Made by a program: the position numbers and the translations under genes. Shown here in pieces: positions 28,631 to 42,285 of a DNA stretch of 64,000 bases (position 1 is its first letter; the number at the start of each line of letters is the position of its first letter). The notes beneath the pieces were generated by a model. That model did no database searches and was not told the origin of the DNA. It worked only from the letters and a program-made list of their open reading frames with translations. This stretch comes from Mustelus asterias (lineage: Eukaryota): contig NC_135806.1 in assembly GCF_964213995.1 (NCBI RefSeq), forward strand, positions 93,124,001-93,188,000, given 5' to 3'.

Positions 28631-30080
28631 GTAAGTTTTGTATTCAAAGATTCTCCTAATTGTTATTTTGCTTTTGTGGTAATTAGTGGTACTGCCCTTT
28701 AGGCTTCACAGCACAACTATTTCCAGCTTGATTGGAAGATTAGCAGGTGGCTTGCTGACAGTGCCACTCTGTATTCACCACTTTGGAAAGGAACATGAGT
28801 GACTTCGATACTACAAACTGCTTGGATACTTAACCACCTGAAATTGGTAACTCACTATGAAAGGAACTCCATAACTTAATATGAAAGGAGTTTCGTACAT
28901 TAACTCCATCATTGTGTTGGCACACCATCTCTGAATTCTTATAAACTATATTTAGAAATTACTTATTGAATGTATCCAACTGAACAAAAATTCACATTTG
29001 CTGTAAGTATTCAAGAATTTAAATCCCACCAACTGCCATGGTGTTTAACCTATTTTTAAAATCTAATGTTTATGTTTCATTTTCCATTCTAACTTACTAA
29101 ATCAATATTTTTCATTGAAACCTTATAGATTTATCATGCTATGAATTACTATGCTAGCTGTACAACACCATTGGCAGGAACGTGTATTACAGCGTGAAAA
29201 CCTTATGTGGGTAGATTTAATTATCAAATATAGGCATACAAAATTATAGCAGAAACATATAAATTGAGAACTGAACATTACTTTAAAGTAGGGGGTGAAT
29301 AACATATGTTTCCTGGTCCACTTGCTTCTGCCTGCTCACTTCATTGCAGTTAAAGACCACATCCCATCCTGTCTCTACAAGGTCACAAGAAATTGACTAG
29401 TTAGATAAATCTAGAGGTGATATTGTCAGCTGAAGTATTTTTCCTTGACTTTTTTAAGAAATTAGTAAAATGAATGTGATTTGAATGATGTCTGGTTGGT
29501 ATGGTAAACTTGATCTATATATGAGGATGAGAATTGTAACTGTTGTGTTAATCTAATTAATGATACCAGTATTGGTTTGAATGTTTTATTGAAATATAAC
29601 ATTTCTGTCAACCATCCACAAACTGCATTTCATATTTTTAACTTGAAGATTGGAAATTGTAGTTGATGCTTATTAGATTCATTTTCTCTTTAAGGAAATG
29701 GCCACTTAATGTTGTGTTTAATGTCTACCCCGTTTCACAAGACCTGCATATCATCATCTTATACCTCTTAAAAATATGGAAAAATAATTTATACAGGTTA
29801 AGTTATGGTCTGTTTTGAAGCAAAATGTATTTAATGAGCTCAAAGAACTCTTAGAATTCAAATTCTCTCTCCATTGTAGTGAAGACACAACTGATCTCTG
29901 AAATGGCCTAGCAAGCCACTCGGTTCAAGGGCAACTAGGGATGGGCAATAAATGCTGGCCAACGAGCCCTGCCCAAATCCCATGAATGAATAAGACATTG
30001 ATTTCTGATTTCAAAACAATCAAATAATGTTGCTCAATGCTTTTGTTTTCAATTTAATTTGTGATTGTTTGCTATTTTAG

Positions 30081-30242
30081 GATGTCATCAAACAGAAAGT
30101 TAAACAACAACTGACCAAACAGCAGAAGGCAGCAACCAGAAGACGTTTACAAAAGGGAGAGGCCAACGTCTACACCAAACAGCGACGAGAAAACATGCAG
30201 AATATTAAATGGAGTGTTGAAGCAGAAAGCTTTTGGGGTTAG
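30081..30242 (+). CDS. RIOK2: RIO kinase 2, exon 10 (DVIKQKVKQQLTKQQKAATRRRLQKGEANVYTKQRRENMQNIKWSVEAESFWG*)
   Basis: ttttag acceptor, conserved basic C-terminus, TAG at 30240..30242. The summed CDS is 1638 nt (545 aa). Confidence 0.96.
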   Translation, partial: DVIKQKVKQQLTKQQKAATRRRLQKGEANVYTKQRRENMQNIKWSVEAESFWG

Positions 30243-30280
30243 AAGGGACCTGTTGTTGTTTCTTGGGATTCTAAAACTTC

Positions 30281-30286
30281 ATTAAA
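30281..30286 (+). terminator. Candidate RIOK2 poly(A) signal ATTAAA
   Basis: First canonical-type hexamer after the stop codon, with T-rich sequence downstream. Confidence 0.35.
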
Positions 30287-30367
30287 ATGAATACAATGTA
30301 AAATGAATCTGTGAAAATTATTTATTGGGATTTCTATGTATTTGAATTGATAAAATTTCCTGGCTAT

Positions 30368-31260
30368 TGTTGGGGACCAGACCAGAAACTCCAAGGTTTA
30401 TTATGAAGTTAGCCTAGATATTAACTTTTTCATTTGATTTTGGCATTAGGGTAACATAAGGTGTTTCACTCCAAGTATGATTCAAGTGACCCACTAGGAA
30501 GCTTTTATCAAAACAAGGTTTTTTAAGAACATAATTACAATGTAACAAAAATAATTGGTGTAATTGTTACCAATTAAAAGACTTAAACATGACAAAATAT
30601 AATTCTTAACAGCTAGCTATTTCTCTTGTTCCAATTTAGCAGTTTCCCATTAGACATAAATCTCTTCTTTAGAACTAGTTAGCACAGAAAACAAAATATG
30701 CTGATGTGGCTACTCGGTTTCTGGCCTTTTTAACACCTCTGGAGAGTTATCCATTCAGATGCTTGTCGTCTTATTCTCATGCAGCAACCTCCAGAGAGAG
30801 CGCCATCCCCAAACATCAAGAAACATGACTAAAAGACACTTCTTAAAGGCACAGTATTGTCATACTATATAAAAACAAATTATGCAATACAATGGAAGTT
30901 CATATCTTGTTTTTTAAGCTGATAAAGATAATATATAGACTTAATAGAGGATTTAAGACCGATTTTAAAGGTTTGCATTCCTATCCATGTACATAACCTC
31001 AAAACTTTTCCTTGGAAACGTCAAACTGGTAAATCGTAGAGAGATATTTTGCAGGATATTTAACGCATATTTAACTGCTGAACGAATGTTCTGTTCTGCC
31101 CCAGCTAAACGTTTTGAATTGAAAACTCTTTGCTGCCATCCACAACTGCCCAAGTTCTTTTCTTGTGTTTTAGCTGCTAAGCTTTGATTAAGCAGAAAAG
31201 TAGCAGGTATCTCTTTCTCTTTAATAGGCATAAATGGTATGTTACAATATTTTGTAACAA
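30368..31260. mobile_element. Possible solo LTR-like repeat immediately after the RIOK2 3' end
   Basis: Begins tgttgggg and ends ...gtaaca (TG..CA termini), with no ORF. Boundaries are uncertain. Confidence 0.3.
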
Positions 31261-31771
31261 GTTTATGCCCATATAAATGCAGTGTGTTCAGTCAAATAAT
31301 TTGTCACATATTTCACAATTCAAACAAAAGATCAGTAACTAATTCCTTGTTGCACTCGAGGGTTTTTCCCCATCCTTTTTCTTATTGAAGTGGTTTCTGA
31401 CTTTTTTTGCAGGTGATATAGCCAGGTGTACACCATTACCAAAGTCGCACATCATCCTGACTTGGAAGATATTGACATTCCTTCCTTGTCACTGGGTTAA
31501 AATCCTGGAACTCCCTCCTAACAGCACTGAGTCATATCCCCACACCGACTACACTGATTTAAGAAGGAAGTTAATGACCATCTTCACAACAGTGTTTAGG
31601 GGTGGGAAATAAACGCTGGCTTTGCCAGCGATATTCACAACACATGAATAAATTGTTTTAAGTGTAAGCAACTAATTTTAGTTTAAGTAAATTGTTTACT
31701 GGAGATTGCATTGAGAATGGCCACAGATTCCTGTTAGTTTGAAAGGCAAAATTATTCATCGAATCATTTTG

Positions 31772-31900
31772 TCAGTTATGGCTCAGTTGTTAATACTCTT
31801 GCATCTTAGTCACCAGATTACGGATTCAAGTCCCACTACAGGACTGGGTACAGTTTAGTACTGAAGGTGTGATACTCTGTCAGAGGTGCTGTCTTTTGGC
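31772..31900 (+). mobile_element. tRNA-derived SINE fragment with Deu-like domain
   Basis: tggctcagttg..ggattcaagtcccact head followed by agtactgaagg..tgtcagaggtgctgtcttt. Confidence 0.5.
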
Positions 31901-31924
31901 CATGTGCCTGCTTTGGTGGATTTT

Positions 31925-32200
31925 GTTCTTTATTCTTTCGTGAGATGCAGACGTTGTTGGCAAGGTCAGCATTTGTTGCCCATTCCTAATTGCCCTTGAA
32001 ATAACTGGTTTGTTAGGCTATTTCAAAGGAGAGTTAAGAGTCATAAATACATTGTTCTGGGTCTGAAACACATAGGCCAGACCAGGTAATGATGGCAGAT
32101 TTTCTTCCCCAAAGAACATTAGTGGGTTTTTACAACAATTTATGGTTTCATGATTGCCTGTGTCTCTGGATTGTTAGTCCAGTGACATTACCGCTATGCC
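31925..32200 (-). mobile_element. Degenerate antisense copy of the SINE family at 42286
   Basis: gcatttgttgcccattcctaattgcccttgaa..ggccagaccaggtaa..ggcagattt is the reverse complement of 42490..42640. Confidence 0.65.
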
Positions 32201-33257
32201 ACCATCACCTCACAATGATCCCATGGCTCTATTGCTGGCATCATGCATGGGGTGCTTGGGTACTGGAGGGGAGAGTAATTGGAGTTTTTTTTTAAAAAAG
32301 ACACTTCCATTATGTGAACTTGTAGTTCACTGATGGGTAACGCAGTGTGCAGCCAAATAAGAAAGACCAGCAATCTTCTCTTGAGCAAGAATTACCCCAT
32401 CCTACTTGTGTATCTCTGACACTCTATGTGGGCCCCTTTCAGGTTTAAAGAACCTGTTTTATAGTGTGAATAAAAGAGGAAGATTTTGAGGTTTGCTGCC
32501 TCATATTGTGCACTTTTGACCATGACCCACACTGAAATTCAAGCATAAACTTAATGTGTATTATTTACCAATCACTTTTTTTGAGTTCACGTGGACCAGT
32601 GGGAAGCCTTGGCTCCTAGCAATACAAATTGGAAATGTTGGTGTATACTATACTGCCTTTCTGTTGGAAAACAATTAGCTTGCACATGCACAAAGTTCTA
32701 AGTTGCAGTGCTGGCAGAGTAATGCCTGATTGTAGCACAGACTCTCACAATTATTGATTATGTTCTATGTGAGGTCATTGGTGTTAATCTATACAAGATT
32801 ATTAAAGAAAGAGCACATGAACCTCTGGGGATCTAAAAACATTTCTCCGCATACTAGACATTTTCACAAAAGCAAATTAAGTACTTCAATTTCTCCTCTC
32901 ACTGTTAAACAGGACATGGATCTAGCCTGTCTATGCCAGTGTTCATCTTTTCTCATCTAATTCTACTACTATAACCATCTATTCCCTTCTGAATGTGCTT
33001 GTCTAGTTTTCCCTTAAGTTCATCCTATTAATCAGTTCACTGTTTCTTGCCACTTTTTGGGTAAAGATGTTTCTTCTGACTTCCTGTTATGACTTTGTGA
33101 TAATATTCCCTTATTCCCCCACTCCAGATTTGACTAATGTTATTTTTGTGAATTTAAAGCGGATGGGTTTTGCCAATTGTGTTAAGAGCCCCATTATTTT
33201 CACATCTAGGTTGTAAAGAATTAGACAGGTCTTTATAGAAGATACGTTTATTGAAAC

Positions 33258-33300
33258 TGGCCAGAATTTTTCCGACCATTTTAATGGAAAGATCCTGCCA
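33258..33300. repeat. TIR-only mini element
   Basis: tggccagaatttttcc...ggaaagatcctgcca: two inverted termini separated by about 12 bp. Confidence 0.45.
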
Positions 33301-33539
33301 TTAGCCAATGACAGACTGCCTCTGCTGCTGCAAACACACTGCAGGGAGCATGGGATGTCCTACCCAATTTCCTAACAAAGAAAACTAGGTAAATTGCAAC
33401 CCACATTCATAGGCTGCACACATCTATCTGGGCTCACACTTGCATACATATCCACAGTGCAGGTGACAGAATAAGAGTAGGAGGCTTGTAGGATTTTTTT
33501 TACAGTTCATGAAAAATGAAACCGAGGATTTCCTTGCTG

Positions 33540-33860
33540 ATCTTAATGCTGTGGTTCCACATTGCCCCCTAGTCCTTGATCCCTGTGTCTATCAAAAAAT
33601 AACTCTGCCTTGAATAAATTCAATAACCCAACATCCACTGTTTTCTGGCGAAGAGAATGATACAGACTTGATCACCTGAAAGGAAACAAATTCTCCTTGT
33701 GTCCATCCTAAATGGGTAATCTTTTATTTTTAAACTGAACTTCTTGGTTCGAGTCACTCCCAAAAGAGGAAACATCCACCCGGTATCCACAACAATCACA
33801 TCCCCGCAGGAGCTTATATGTTTCAATAAGATCACCTCTCAGTTTTCCAAATTCCAATAT
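33540..33860 (-). mobile_element. Old CR1 3' fragment
   Basis: The minus strand reads (L)RGDLIETYK..MFPLLGVTRT..SLKIK, decayed. Confidence 0.7.
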
Positions 33861-35713
33861 CATCCATATGTTTATCCAATAACCATTTGAATGCTCTTAA
33901 TGTTGACGAGTCCACTACTGCTGCAGGCAGGGCATTCCACGCCCTTACTACTCTGAGTAAAGAACCTACCTCTAGCATCTGTCCTATATCTATCACCCCT
34001 CAATTTAAAGCTATGTCCCCTCGTGCTAGCCAACACCATCCGAGGAAAAAGGCTCTCACTATCCACCCTATCTAATCCTCTGATCATCTTGTATGCCTCT
34101 ATTAAGTCACCTCTTAACCTTCTCTCTAACGAAAACAACCTCAAGCTCCTCAGCCTTTCCTCATACGATTTTCCCACCATACCAGGCAACATCCTGGGAA
34201 ATCTCCTCTGCACCCTTTCCAACACTTTCACATCTTTCCTATAATATGGCGTCCAGAACTGTACGCAATACTCCAAATGCGACTGCACCAGAGTTTTGTA
34301 CAGTTGCAGCATGACCTCCTGGCTCCAAAACTCAATCCCTCTACCAATAAAAGCTAACACACCGTACACCTTCTTAACAACCCTATCAACCTGGGTGCCA
34401 ACTTTCAGGGATCTATGCACATGGACACCCAGATCCCTCTGTTCATCCACACTACCAAGTATCTTACCATTAGCCCAGTACTCTGTATTCCTGTTACTCC
34501 TTCCAAAGTGAATCACCTCACACTTTTCCACATTAAACTCCATTTGCCACCTCTCAGCCCAGCTCTGCAGCCTATCTATGTCCCTCTGTAACCTGCCACT
34601 TCCCTCCGCACTGTCTACAACTCCACCGACTTTAGTGTCATCTGCAAATTTACTAATCCATCCTTCCACGCCCTCATCCAGGTCATTAATAAAAATGACA
34701 AACAGCAGTGGCCCCAAAACAGATCCCTGCAGCACACCACTAGTAACTGAACTCCAGGATGAATATTTCCCATCAACCACCACCCTTTGTTTTCTTACAG
34801 CTAGCCAATTCTTGATCCAAACCACTAAATCACCCTCAATCCCATGTGTCCATATTTTCTGCAAAAGCTTACCATGGGGAACCTTATCAAACGCTTTGCT
34901 GAAATCCATATACACCACATCAACCGCTTTACCCTCATCCACCTCTTTGGTCACCTTCTCAAAGAACTCAATAAGGTGTGTGAGGCACGACCTACCCTTC
35001 ACAAAACCGTGCTGACTATCCCTAATCAAATTATTCCTTTCTAGGTGATTATAAATCCTATCTCTTATAATCCTTTCCAATACTTTGCCCACAACAGAAG
35101 TAAGGCTCACTGGTCTATAATTACCAGGGTTGTCCCTACTCCCCTTCTTGAACAAGGGGACAACATTTGCTATCCTCCAGTCATCTGGCACTGTTCCTGT
35201 AGACAATGACGACACAAAGATCAAAGCCAAAGGCTCTGCAATCTCCTCCCTAGCCTCCCAGAGAATCCTAGGATAAAACCCATCCGGCCCAGGGGACTTA
35301 GCAATTCTGGAAAAGGTAAAAATAGATAACATCTCCTCCTTATGAACATCAATCCCATCCAGTCCAACAGCCTGCATCTCAGTACTCCCCGCGACAACAC
35401 TGTCCCTCTCCAGTGTGAATACTGACAAAAAATATTCATTTAGTGCCTCTCCTGTCTCTACAGACTCCACGCACAACTTCCCACTACTGTCCTTGACTGG
35501 CCCTAATCTTACCCTAGTCATTCTTTTACTCCTGACATACCTATAGAAAGCTTTAGGGTTTTCCTTGATCCTACCTGCCAAAGACTTCTCATGTCCCCTC
35601 CTGGCTCTTCTTAACTCTCTCTTTGGGTCCTTCCTGGCTAACTTGTAACTCTCAAGCGCCCTAACTGAGCCTTCACGTCTCATCTTAACATAAGTCTCCT
35701 TCTTCCTCTTCAC
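33861..35713 (-). mobile_element. Young CR1/HER1 LINE ORF2 segment (613-aa open RT)
   Basis: KSPGPDG, NYRPVSLTS, SQHGF, DFSKAFDKVPH, QGSVLGP and KFADDTK. 5'-truncated and lacking a 3' tail. Confidence 0.95.
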
Positions 35714-35719
35714 AGGAAG

Positions 35720-36730
35720 TCATTGAAGTCATCCAAGTCATTGATGTAGATTGTAAATAGCTAATATACCAGTACTGATCCCTGTGGCAATCCACTAGAG
35801 TCATAGAAGTTTACAGCATGGAAACAGGCCCTTCGGCCCAACTTGTCCATGCCGCCTTTTTATTTAAACCCCTAAGCAAATCCCAATTGCCTGTATTTGG
35901 CCCATATCCCTCTATACTCATCGTACCCATGTAACTATCTAAATGCTTCTTAAAAGACAAAATTATATCTGCCTCTACCACTACCTCTGGCAGCTTGTTC
36001 CAGACACTAATTATAGTTTACCAACCTGAAAAGACTCATTTATCCCTACTCTCTGCTTTCTGCTAGCCAACCCATCCTTTATCTATGGTAATATATTATC
36101 CCTGCATCATGTGTTCTTATCCTGTGTGGCACCTTATCAAATGCCTTTTGGAAATCCAAGTCTACCACATCTACAGATTACCCTTTGTCCACCATGCTTG
36201 TTACTCCTTCAAATAATTCTAATAAATTACTTAAACACAATTTCCTTTTCACAAAACTATGTTGACTCTGCCAGATGCTCTGCTTTTCTAAATACCCTGC
36301 TATAATCTCCTTAATAATGGATTCTAGCAATTTCCAGATGATAGATGTTCAGCTATAGTTTGCTGCTTCCTGTCTCCTTGCTTGAATAATGGTGTAATAT
36401 TTTGGAATCTGCTGTGACTCTTCCAGAAACTGAACAAGTTTGGAAGATTGTAACCAATGTCTCTACTATCTCTGAAACCAATTATTTTAAGATCCGGTGA
36501 TGCAGACCATCTGATCCTGGGGGATTGTCAGTGTTTAGGTTCAATTGTTTTCTCAGCACCTTTTCTTTGGTGGTGATTGTTTTAAGTTTCTCCCTTTTAA
36601 TTCTTGATTTTCAAGTATTTTTGGAAAATTTTCTAAGTCTTCCACAGTGAAGAAAGACACAAAATGCTTATTCAATGCTTCTGTCATTGCTTTGTTTTCC
36701 GTTATCAATTCCCCAGACTGACTCTCTCAA
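35720..36730 (-). mobile_element. Old CR1 ORF2 fragment with a nested CR1 3' end (about 35798..36008)
   Basis: Decayed INDLD, QGSVL, DFQKAFDKVPH and SPGSDGLH motifs on minus. The insert starts with the agtcatagaagtttacagcatggaaacaggcc tail. Confidence 0.7.
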
Positions 36731-37130
36731 GAAATACAGAAAATAGAAGCAGGAGTAGGCTATTCAACCCTTCAAGTCTGCTGCGCCATCCATTTTGAAC
36801 ATGGCTGATCATCAAATTGTTGTTTATAGTATATATAAATGATCTGGAAGAAAATGTGGGTGGCCTGATTAGTAAGTTTGTGGATGGCACAAAGATTGGT
36901 GGAGTTGCTGATAGTGGCAGGGGTTGTCAAGAGGATACAACGAGATATAGATAGATTGGAGACTTGGAGATGGAGTTTAATTTGGACAAATGTGAGGTGA
37001 TGCATTTTGGAGGATCAAATTTAGGTGTGAATTATACTGTAAATGGCAGAACCCTTAGGAACATTAACGTACAGAGGGATCTGGGCATTCAGGTCCAAAT
37101 TCCCTAAAAATGGCAACACAGGTGGCCAAT
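36730..37130. mobile_element. CR1 fragments in opposite orientations
   Basis: A minus-strand tail at 36730..36815, then plus-strand YINDLE..KFVDGTKIGG..QRDLG. Confidence 0.7.
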
Positions 37131-38117
37131 TCCTGCAGAAAGAGGATGGACCTCTTAAAAAAAGAAAATGCATCTCCAGGAACACTCTGAAGCTGGAAGA
37201 TGGACTTCCTTGATGACACTGAAACTGGAAGATCCACCTGATAGATGGTCTCCCACCCACTACTGTGGTGTTCCAAGGTCACTGGTGACTTCCATCCTGA
37301 GCTTTGGAGCCAGCCCCTGGCATCCTTCAGGTAAGTCCTGACTTCTGCATGCCACGTTTTTCTGGACTTGTTCTGAACCAGTGTGTATTCCCGCTGGCAT
37401 TGCAGAGAATCGAGCGTGGAGAAAATTCCAATTGGTCCCTATCTACATCCCATTAGTTGGATGCAAATCAGATTCACGCTGGCCACCAGCGGGATTCCAA
37501 ATCCACCATGGTAGGTACCAGCGGAAGATCCCCTGGGGAATTCATAATGGCCTCCTATTAAATTACCCTCCCCCGCCATTGAGCCCACCAGTGGATGGAT
37601 GGGGCATGGGAGAATTCCATCCAAAGTGTCCAGGTAACTTTCCCCCTCCTGATAAAGCACAGTGGCTGAAACTGAGCTTCCAATTCAATGTCTCTGAGTC
37701 AAAGCTCTTTGAGCTGCAGACACTTGCTGCAAATGTGGTTGCCTTGGATCACATTGGTGTCCATTAGAACTTACATACTCCAGCTGCAACACATCACCTG
37801 CTCTGCCATCTTTATTATGTGCTGGTTTATTTATTTTTCTTAATTTACTTTAATTAATAACCCCTACTGCCACAATTAGATTTCCTACTGCAAGTAAAAC
37901 TTACTACTTCTCATGAAAACTTTACAATTACTAATAAATCATCTGAATTTTGAAAGATAAGCAAGAAAAATACTCACCAGCCAATCACTTACCTGTTTCC
38001 CTGTGGAATGACACTTTGAATACTGGGCTGACATGGGCAAAAATTAAAGTTTTATATCCTCACTGAGGTGACAATGGTAGGAACATTCTCATCAGAATGC
38101 TAATGACTGTCAAATAT

Positions 38118-38330
38118 AAATAAAAATGCTGGAAATAATCTGCAAATCAGGCAGCATCTATGGAGAGAAACAGAGGTAAGGTTTCAGGTTAGTGACCTTT
38201 CATCAGAGCTGTTGTGATGTAAGATCATGGCCTGAAATGTTAGCCCTCAATAGATGTTCCCTGATCTGCTGAGTACTTCCAGAATATTTTGCTTCAGACT
38301 TCAAGCATCCGCAGTGTTTTGCTTCTGTAT
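38118..38330. mobile_element. Degenerate fold-back PLE terminal repeat with an intact hammerhead core on minus
   Basis: Arms aaaatgctggaaat..caggcagcatct and agatgttccctga..ttccagaatatttt. Minus 38181..38206 reads CTGATGA a AGGT cacta ACCT GAAAC. Confidence 0.65.
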
Positions 38331-39379
38331 TACTGCCACAACTTAGTTTTGCACACTGTAAATTGTCACCTCTCACCAGGATTGTCTAAAATAGGACTCG
38401 AACATAAAACGTTGTAAATCAGGTGGAAATGCTACCTTAGGAAATAGGTGGGATGTATTTTAGTGGGTCTCCAATGGGAAGCAAAGTGGTAGGCACCAGG
38501 GGCACTTCAAATAGTATTTAATACATTTTTCAGCATTTTATTCCTCTTTAGTGTTGACAATTGAAAAGGGCCAAATTAAGTGAACAATTTGTGATGAGAT
38601 TGTAATGAAATGTACAGCATGTTGCTTTGGGGTATGCTGAGGTTTCATTTATCTGCTTGTGCTGGGGCCAGATCTGGGAATTACTGAAAGCAGTTTGTGA
38701 CTGTTACATTAATCTTCCAGGGTATACATCTGCTTTTTCCATTTCCTCCTTTTCCTCATCTTCCTTGCTATCACAGCATCTGGGCCTCTTTCTTCTGCTG
38801 TATATTTATTGCACTCTGTACATATTGAAACATGAAGCAGTCTGTAACTATTTTGGACACTTTGGCTGGGCAGCAGACTTCTTGCTTTAATATTTGTTTG
38901 TATGCTCCATGGTAATTCTGATTAAACTACAGACTTTATTGTTTCGCCATGCCTTGCTATGCAAGGATTTCTCAGTGGAATTAGCAGCAACGTGGTAAAA
39001 GTTAGTCCAGGTTTTCTAATAACCATCTGTCCAATCTATATAAGCGTTCAAATAATCGGTGTACCAATTGGGGCTACCTGTCCAACTGCCATGACCGAGA
39101 CCCGAGGTAGTGTCTAACAATTTGCATGAAGGCATCAAGTGTGCAAAACCACAGTGATTTCCATGTTCATCTGCTGTAGCTTTGATGGTTGATCCACAGA
39201 AACCTAAAGAAATGGCACAAGTAATTGTTCCAAAAACTAAAACCCCCTCAGTTATTTACTCACTCAAATACCTGTCCAAGTCTTCCTTCTTTTCTTTTAC
39301 TGTTGTTGGGTCCATATGACATGGAAAGAAATCCAAAATGTTATTCTTTTTTGTAATGTTGATAGTGTAAGATTCATTG

Positions 39380-39722
39380 ACTACAGTCAATGGATAGTCA
39401 GAAGCTTTTTCCCAGGGTGGAAGAGTCAATTACTAGGGGGTACAAGTTTAAGGTGCGAGGGGCAAGGTTTAAAGGAGATGTACGAGGCAGATTTTTTACA
39501 CAGAGGGTGGTGGGTGCCTGGAACTTGTTGTCGGGAGAGGTAATGGAAGCGGATACGTAGTGACTTTTAAGGGGCATCTTGACAAATATATGAATAGGAT
39601 AGGAATAGAGGGATATGGTCACCGGAAGGGTAGGGGGTTTTAATTCAGTCGGGCAGCATGGTCAGTGCAGGCTTGGAGGGCTGAAGGGCCTGTTCCTGTG
39701 CTGTAATTTTCTTTGTTCTTTG
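39380..39722 (+). mobile_element. CR1 3' fragment
   Basis: VDSQKLFPRVEESITRGYKFKVRG..FFTQRVV, ending in a ttctttgttctttg tail. Confidence 0.88.
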
Positions 39723-39980
39723 TAATGCCAATGAAAATCAATGGGAGATGGCTGGATTCTCTTTTGTTATAGGCGGTCATTGCCTGGCACTTATGTGATG
39801 TGAATGTTACTTGCCACTGTTGCTGCTAAAGAACATTCTCTTCGAATAGCCCAGGCAAGAAATGATGAATCTTACACTTCAGGTAGTCAAGCAAACAAGT
39901 CGTAAGTTTCTAGCTGGTGGTTGAGCACACTCCATTGCATCAATTCCTGTCTATCCAAATATCATACAGTTATATTTGTT

Positions 39981-40914
39981 GGGAGTGATTTTTTCAGCCC
40001 ATGGTCGCCATCAGAGAGAATGGCCACTGGTTTGAAAATCTGGAATCAGGAAATGCGATTCACTCCAGAGAGATCACGTTTTGCAATTTTCCCCATCCCT
40101 CACAGGGAACGTAGTGAGGTTCACACCCTCAAAGGGTGAGAACCTAATTTAAATGTATTTTAATATAATTAACAGCACCCCATCCACCACCCCCCGCCAT
40201 ATATTCCCCTCAGCCATATTTTCAAACCTCGCTGACATGATGTGATATATTTATTCAGACATGAACCTGTCGTGGGGATCCTTCCTGGGGTGCAAAGTAA
40301 GCATAGCCCCCGGAGGAGAGTGAGTACTGCCCTGGCACAGGATTGCACTGTCAGGTTGGCATGGTGCCAACCTTGCAATGCAACCTATGCCGGGATCAGT
40401 GCCAGGGGCGGATCCTAGTGGGAGCTTCATGGGCAGGGTCCTGTGTGTAGTCTGGGGTTGGGTAGGTGGGGTGGTGGGAAGGGAAAGAGAGAGCGGGAGA
40501 GGGTGATGTTGGCAATGACCATTGGTGATGGGGAGAAGAGAGCACCGGTGACAACTGTTGGTCGGGGGAAAGAGAGGGTGATGCCAGTTATGACTATTGG
40601 GAGGAGGAGAGAGAAGGTGATATTAGCGATGACGGTTTTGTGTGGGGAATGGGGGAGAGAGGGCGTGATGCTGGCTTTTGGTCTGAATCGGGGCACCCTT
40701 TCTAATGGGCTACCCGATACCTGTGGAGCCAGGCTTTACCAGTGTGTTTAGACCCTGCCCTTCAAAATGACAGCGTGAAAAATAACTCCTTGCATTATTT
40801 TTGATAGAGTGCCATGAGATCTGGAGCAAAAATCTACCTATTTCTCTGGAGAGAAACACTCTGATTTTCAGTCAGATTCTGACACTTTGCCATTTTTTTG
40901 TTAAGATTCTGCCC
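39981..40914. mobile_element. Non-autonomous Harbinger-like element with an internal purine-rich minisatellite
   Basis: Termini gggagtgatttt and aagattctgccc. It shares gccaggct..accagtgtgtttag with 57841..58804. Confidence 0.5.
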
Positions 40915-41748
40915 ATTAAGTCTGTACATAAAATTGTTTTCCACCTCTAAAATGCAATTTCTTAAAAACCCTTCTGACTGGTTTTCCAATCCCCACAGAT
41001 TCATCTAAAGTGCAGCTACCCGTATTCTATTTTGCACAATGCTCTGCAACATGTCCTCTTCAACTATAAAGACCATTTCCATTAATCTATATTTAAAATC
41101 CTCATCCTTATCTCAAATCATTCAATGGCTTTGACCCCTCCTATTTCTGCAAGTTTATCCATCCATATGTCCTTCATTTCAATCTAGTCTCCTCCACTTT
41201 TGGATTTTTCTTACTTGCTCTTCCTTCATGCCACTACTAATGACAGACCCTGATGTCACCTCAACCTTCTGAAAGTTTCTGCTTGTTGCTCTACCTTAAA
41301 AAATCTTCTCAAAACCAAAACTGTTTCTTAACTGTCCCACTGGTTCAGCAACTGTTATGTTTTTTTATTTATTTTAACTTCAGCCTCCCCCCTCCACCCC
41401 CCTCCATTGCACCCCTTCCCCAGAACCTTTGAATGTTTCCTACCTTGAAGTAATTCTATAAATGCAAATTGTTGTTGTATTAGCAGAAGACCAGCAAAAG
41501 CAGGAGAAGTGAACCCACAAAAAAAGGTGCATGAATATCACAACATCAAGTCCTACTCCGCTGCAACACAGTGAGTCTCTCATATCAGACATGGTTATCT
41601 GTGAATGAAACAAGAGAAGCACCTCCAGAGGCTGAAGTTTATGCTCATGATGTTTAATCTTTTTCAGGAAGATATCTGGACAACATGGAACATTTATACA
41701 ATCGGTCTGGCTTTTAATTGTTATGTATTTACACTAACCCCCTGAACA

Positions 41749-42030
41749 GGGTGGCATGGTGGCACAGTGGTTAGCATGCTGCCTCATAATACCAGGGACC
41801 TGAGATCAATTCTGGATTCAGGTAACTGTCTGTGTGGAGTTTGCACATTCTTCCTGTGTCTGCGTGGGTTTCCTCTGGGTGCTCCGGTTTCCTCCCACAG
41901 TCCAAAGATGTGCAGGTTAGGTGGGTTATGGGGTAAATATGTGGAGTTATGGGGATTGGGTCTGGATAAGATGTTCTTTCAGTGCAGACCTGATGGGCTG
42001 AATGGCCTGCTTTTACTGTAGGGACTCTAT
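41749..42030 (+). mobile_element. HE1-like V-SINE
   Basis: gggtggcatggtggcacagtggttagc head, V-domain and CR1 tail. Confidence 0.88.
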
Positions 42031-42285
42031 AAACAGTACACAAACTGCACTTTCTGGGCAGTTACTCTGACTTAAGAAATCTCACAACTACCTGTTCATT
42101 GTGTAAACATTCTAGCAGCAAATTCTTTTTTCAAAGACCTTAGCTATTGATTGCAGGTAATTTAAAATAATCAAGCCTTGAATCACCACCTAACTTATTC
42201 GACAAACATATTCTATCTCATTCACAAAACCATTTAGACCCAGGTTGTATCTGTGAGATATTTTCATGCAAATATGGTGCAGTGA

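Noticed and set aside
33872-35713. 613-aa ORF as a host gene or autonomous active LINE
   Set aside because: It is a CR1 RT segment without the endonuclease domain, ORF1, promoter or 3' tail.
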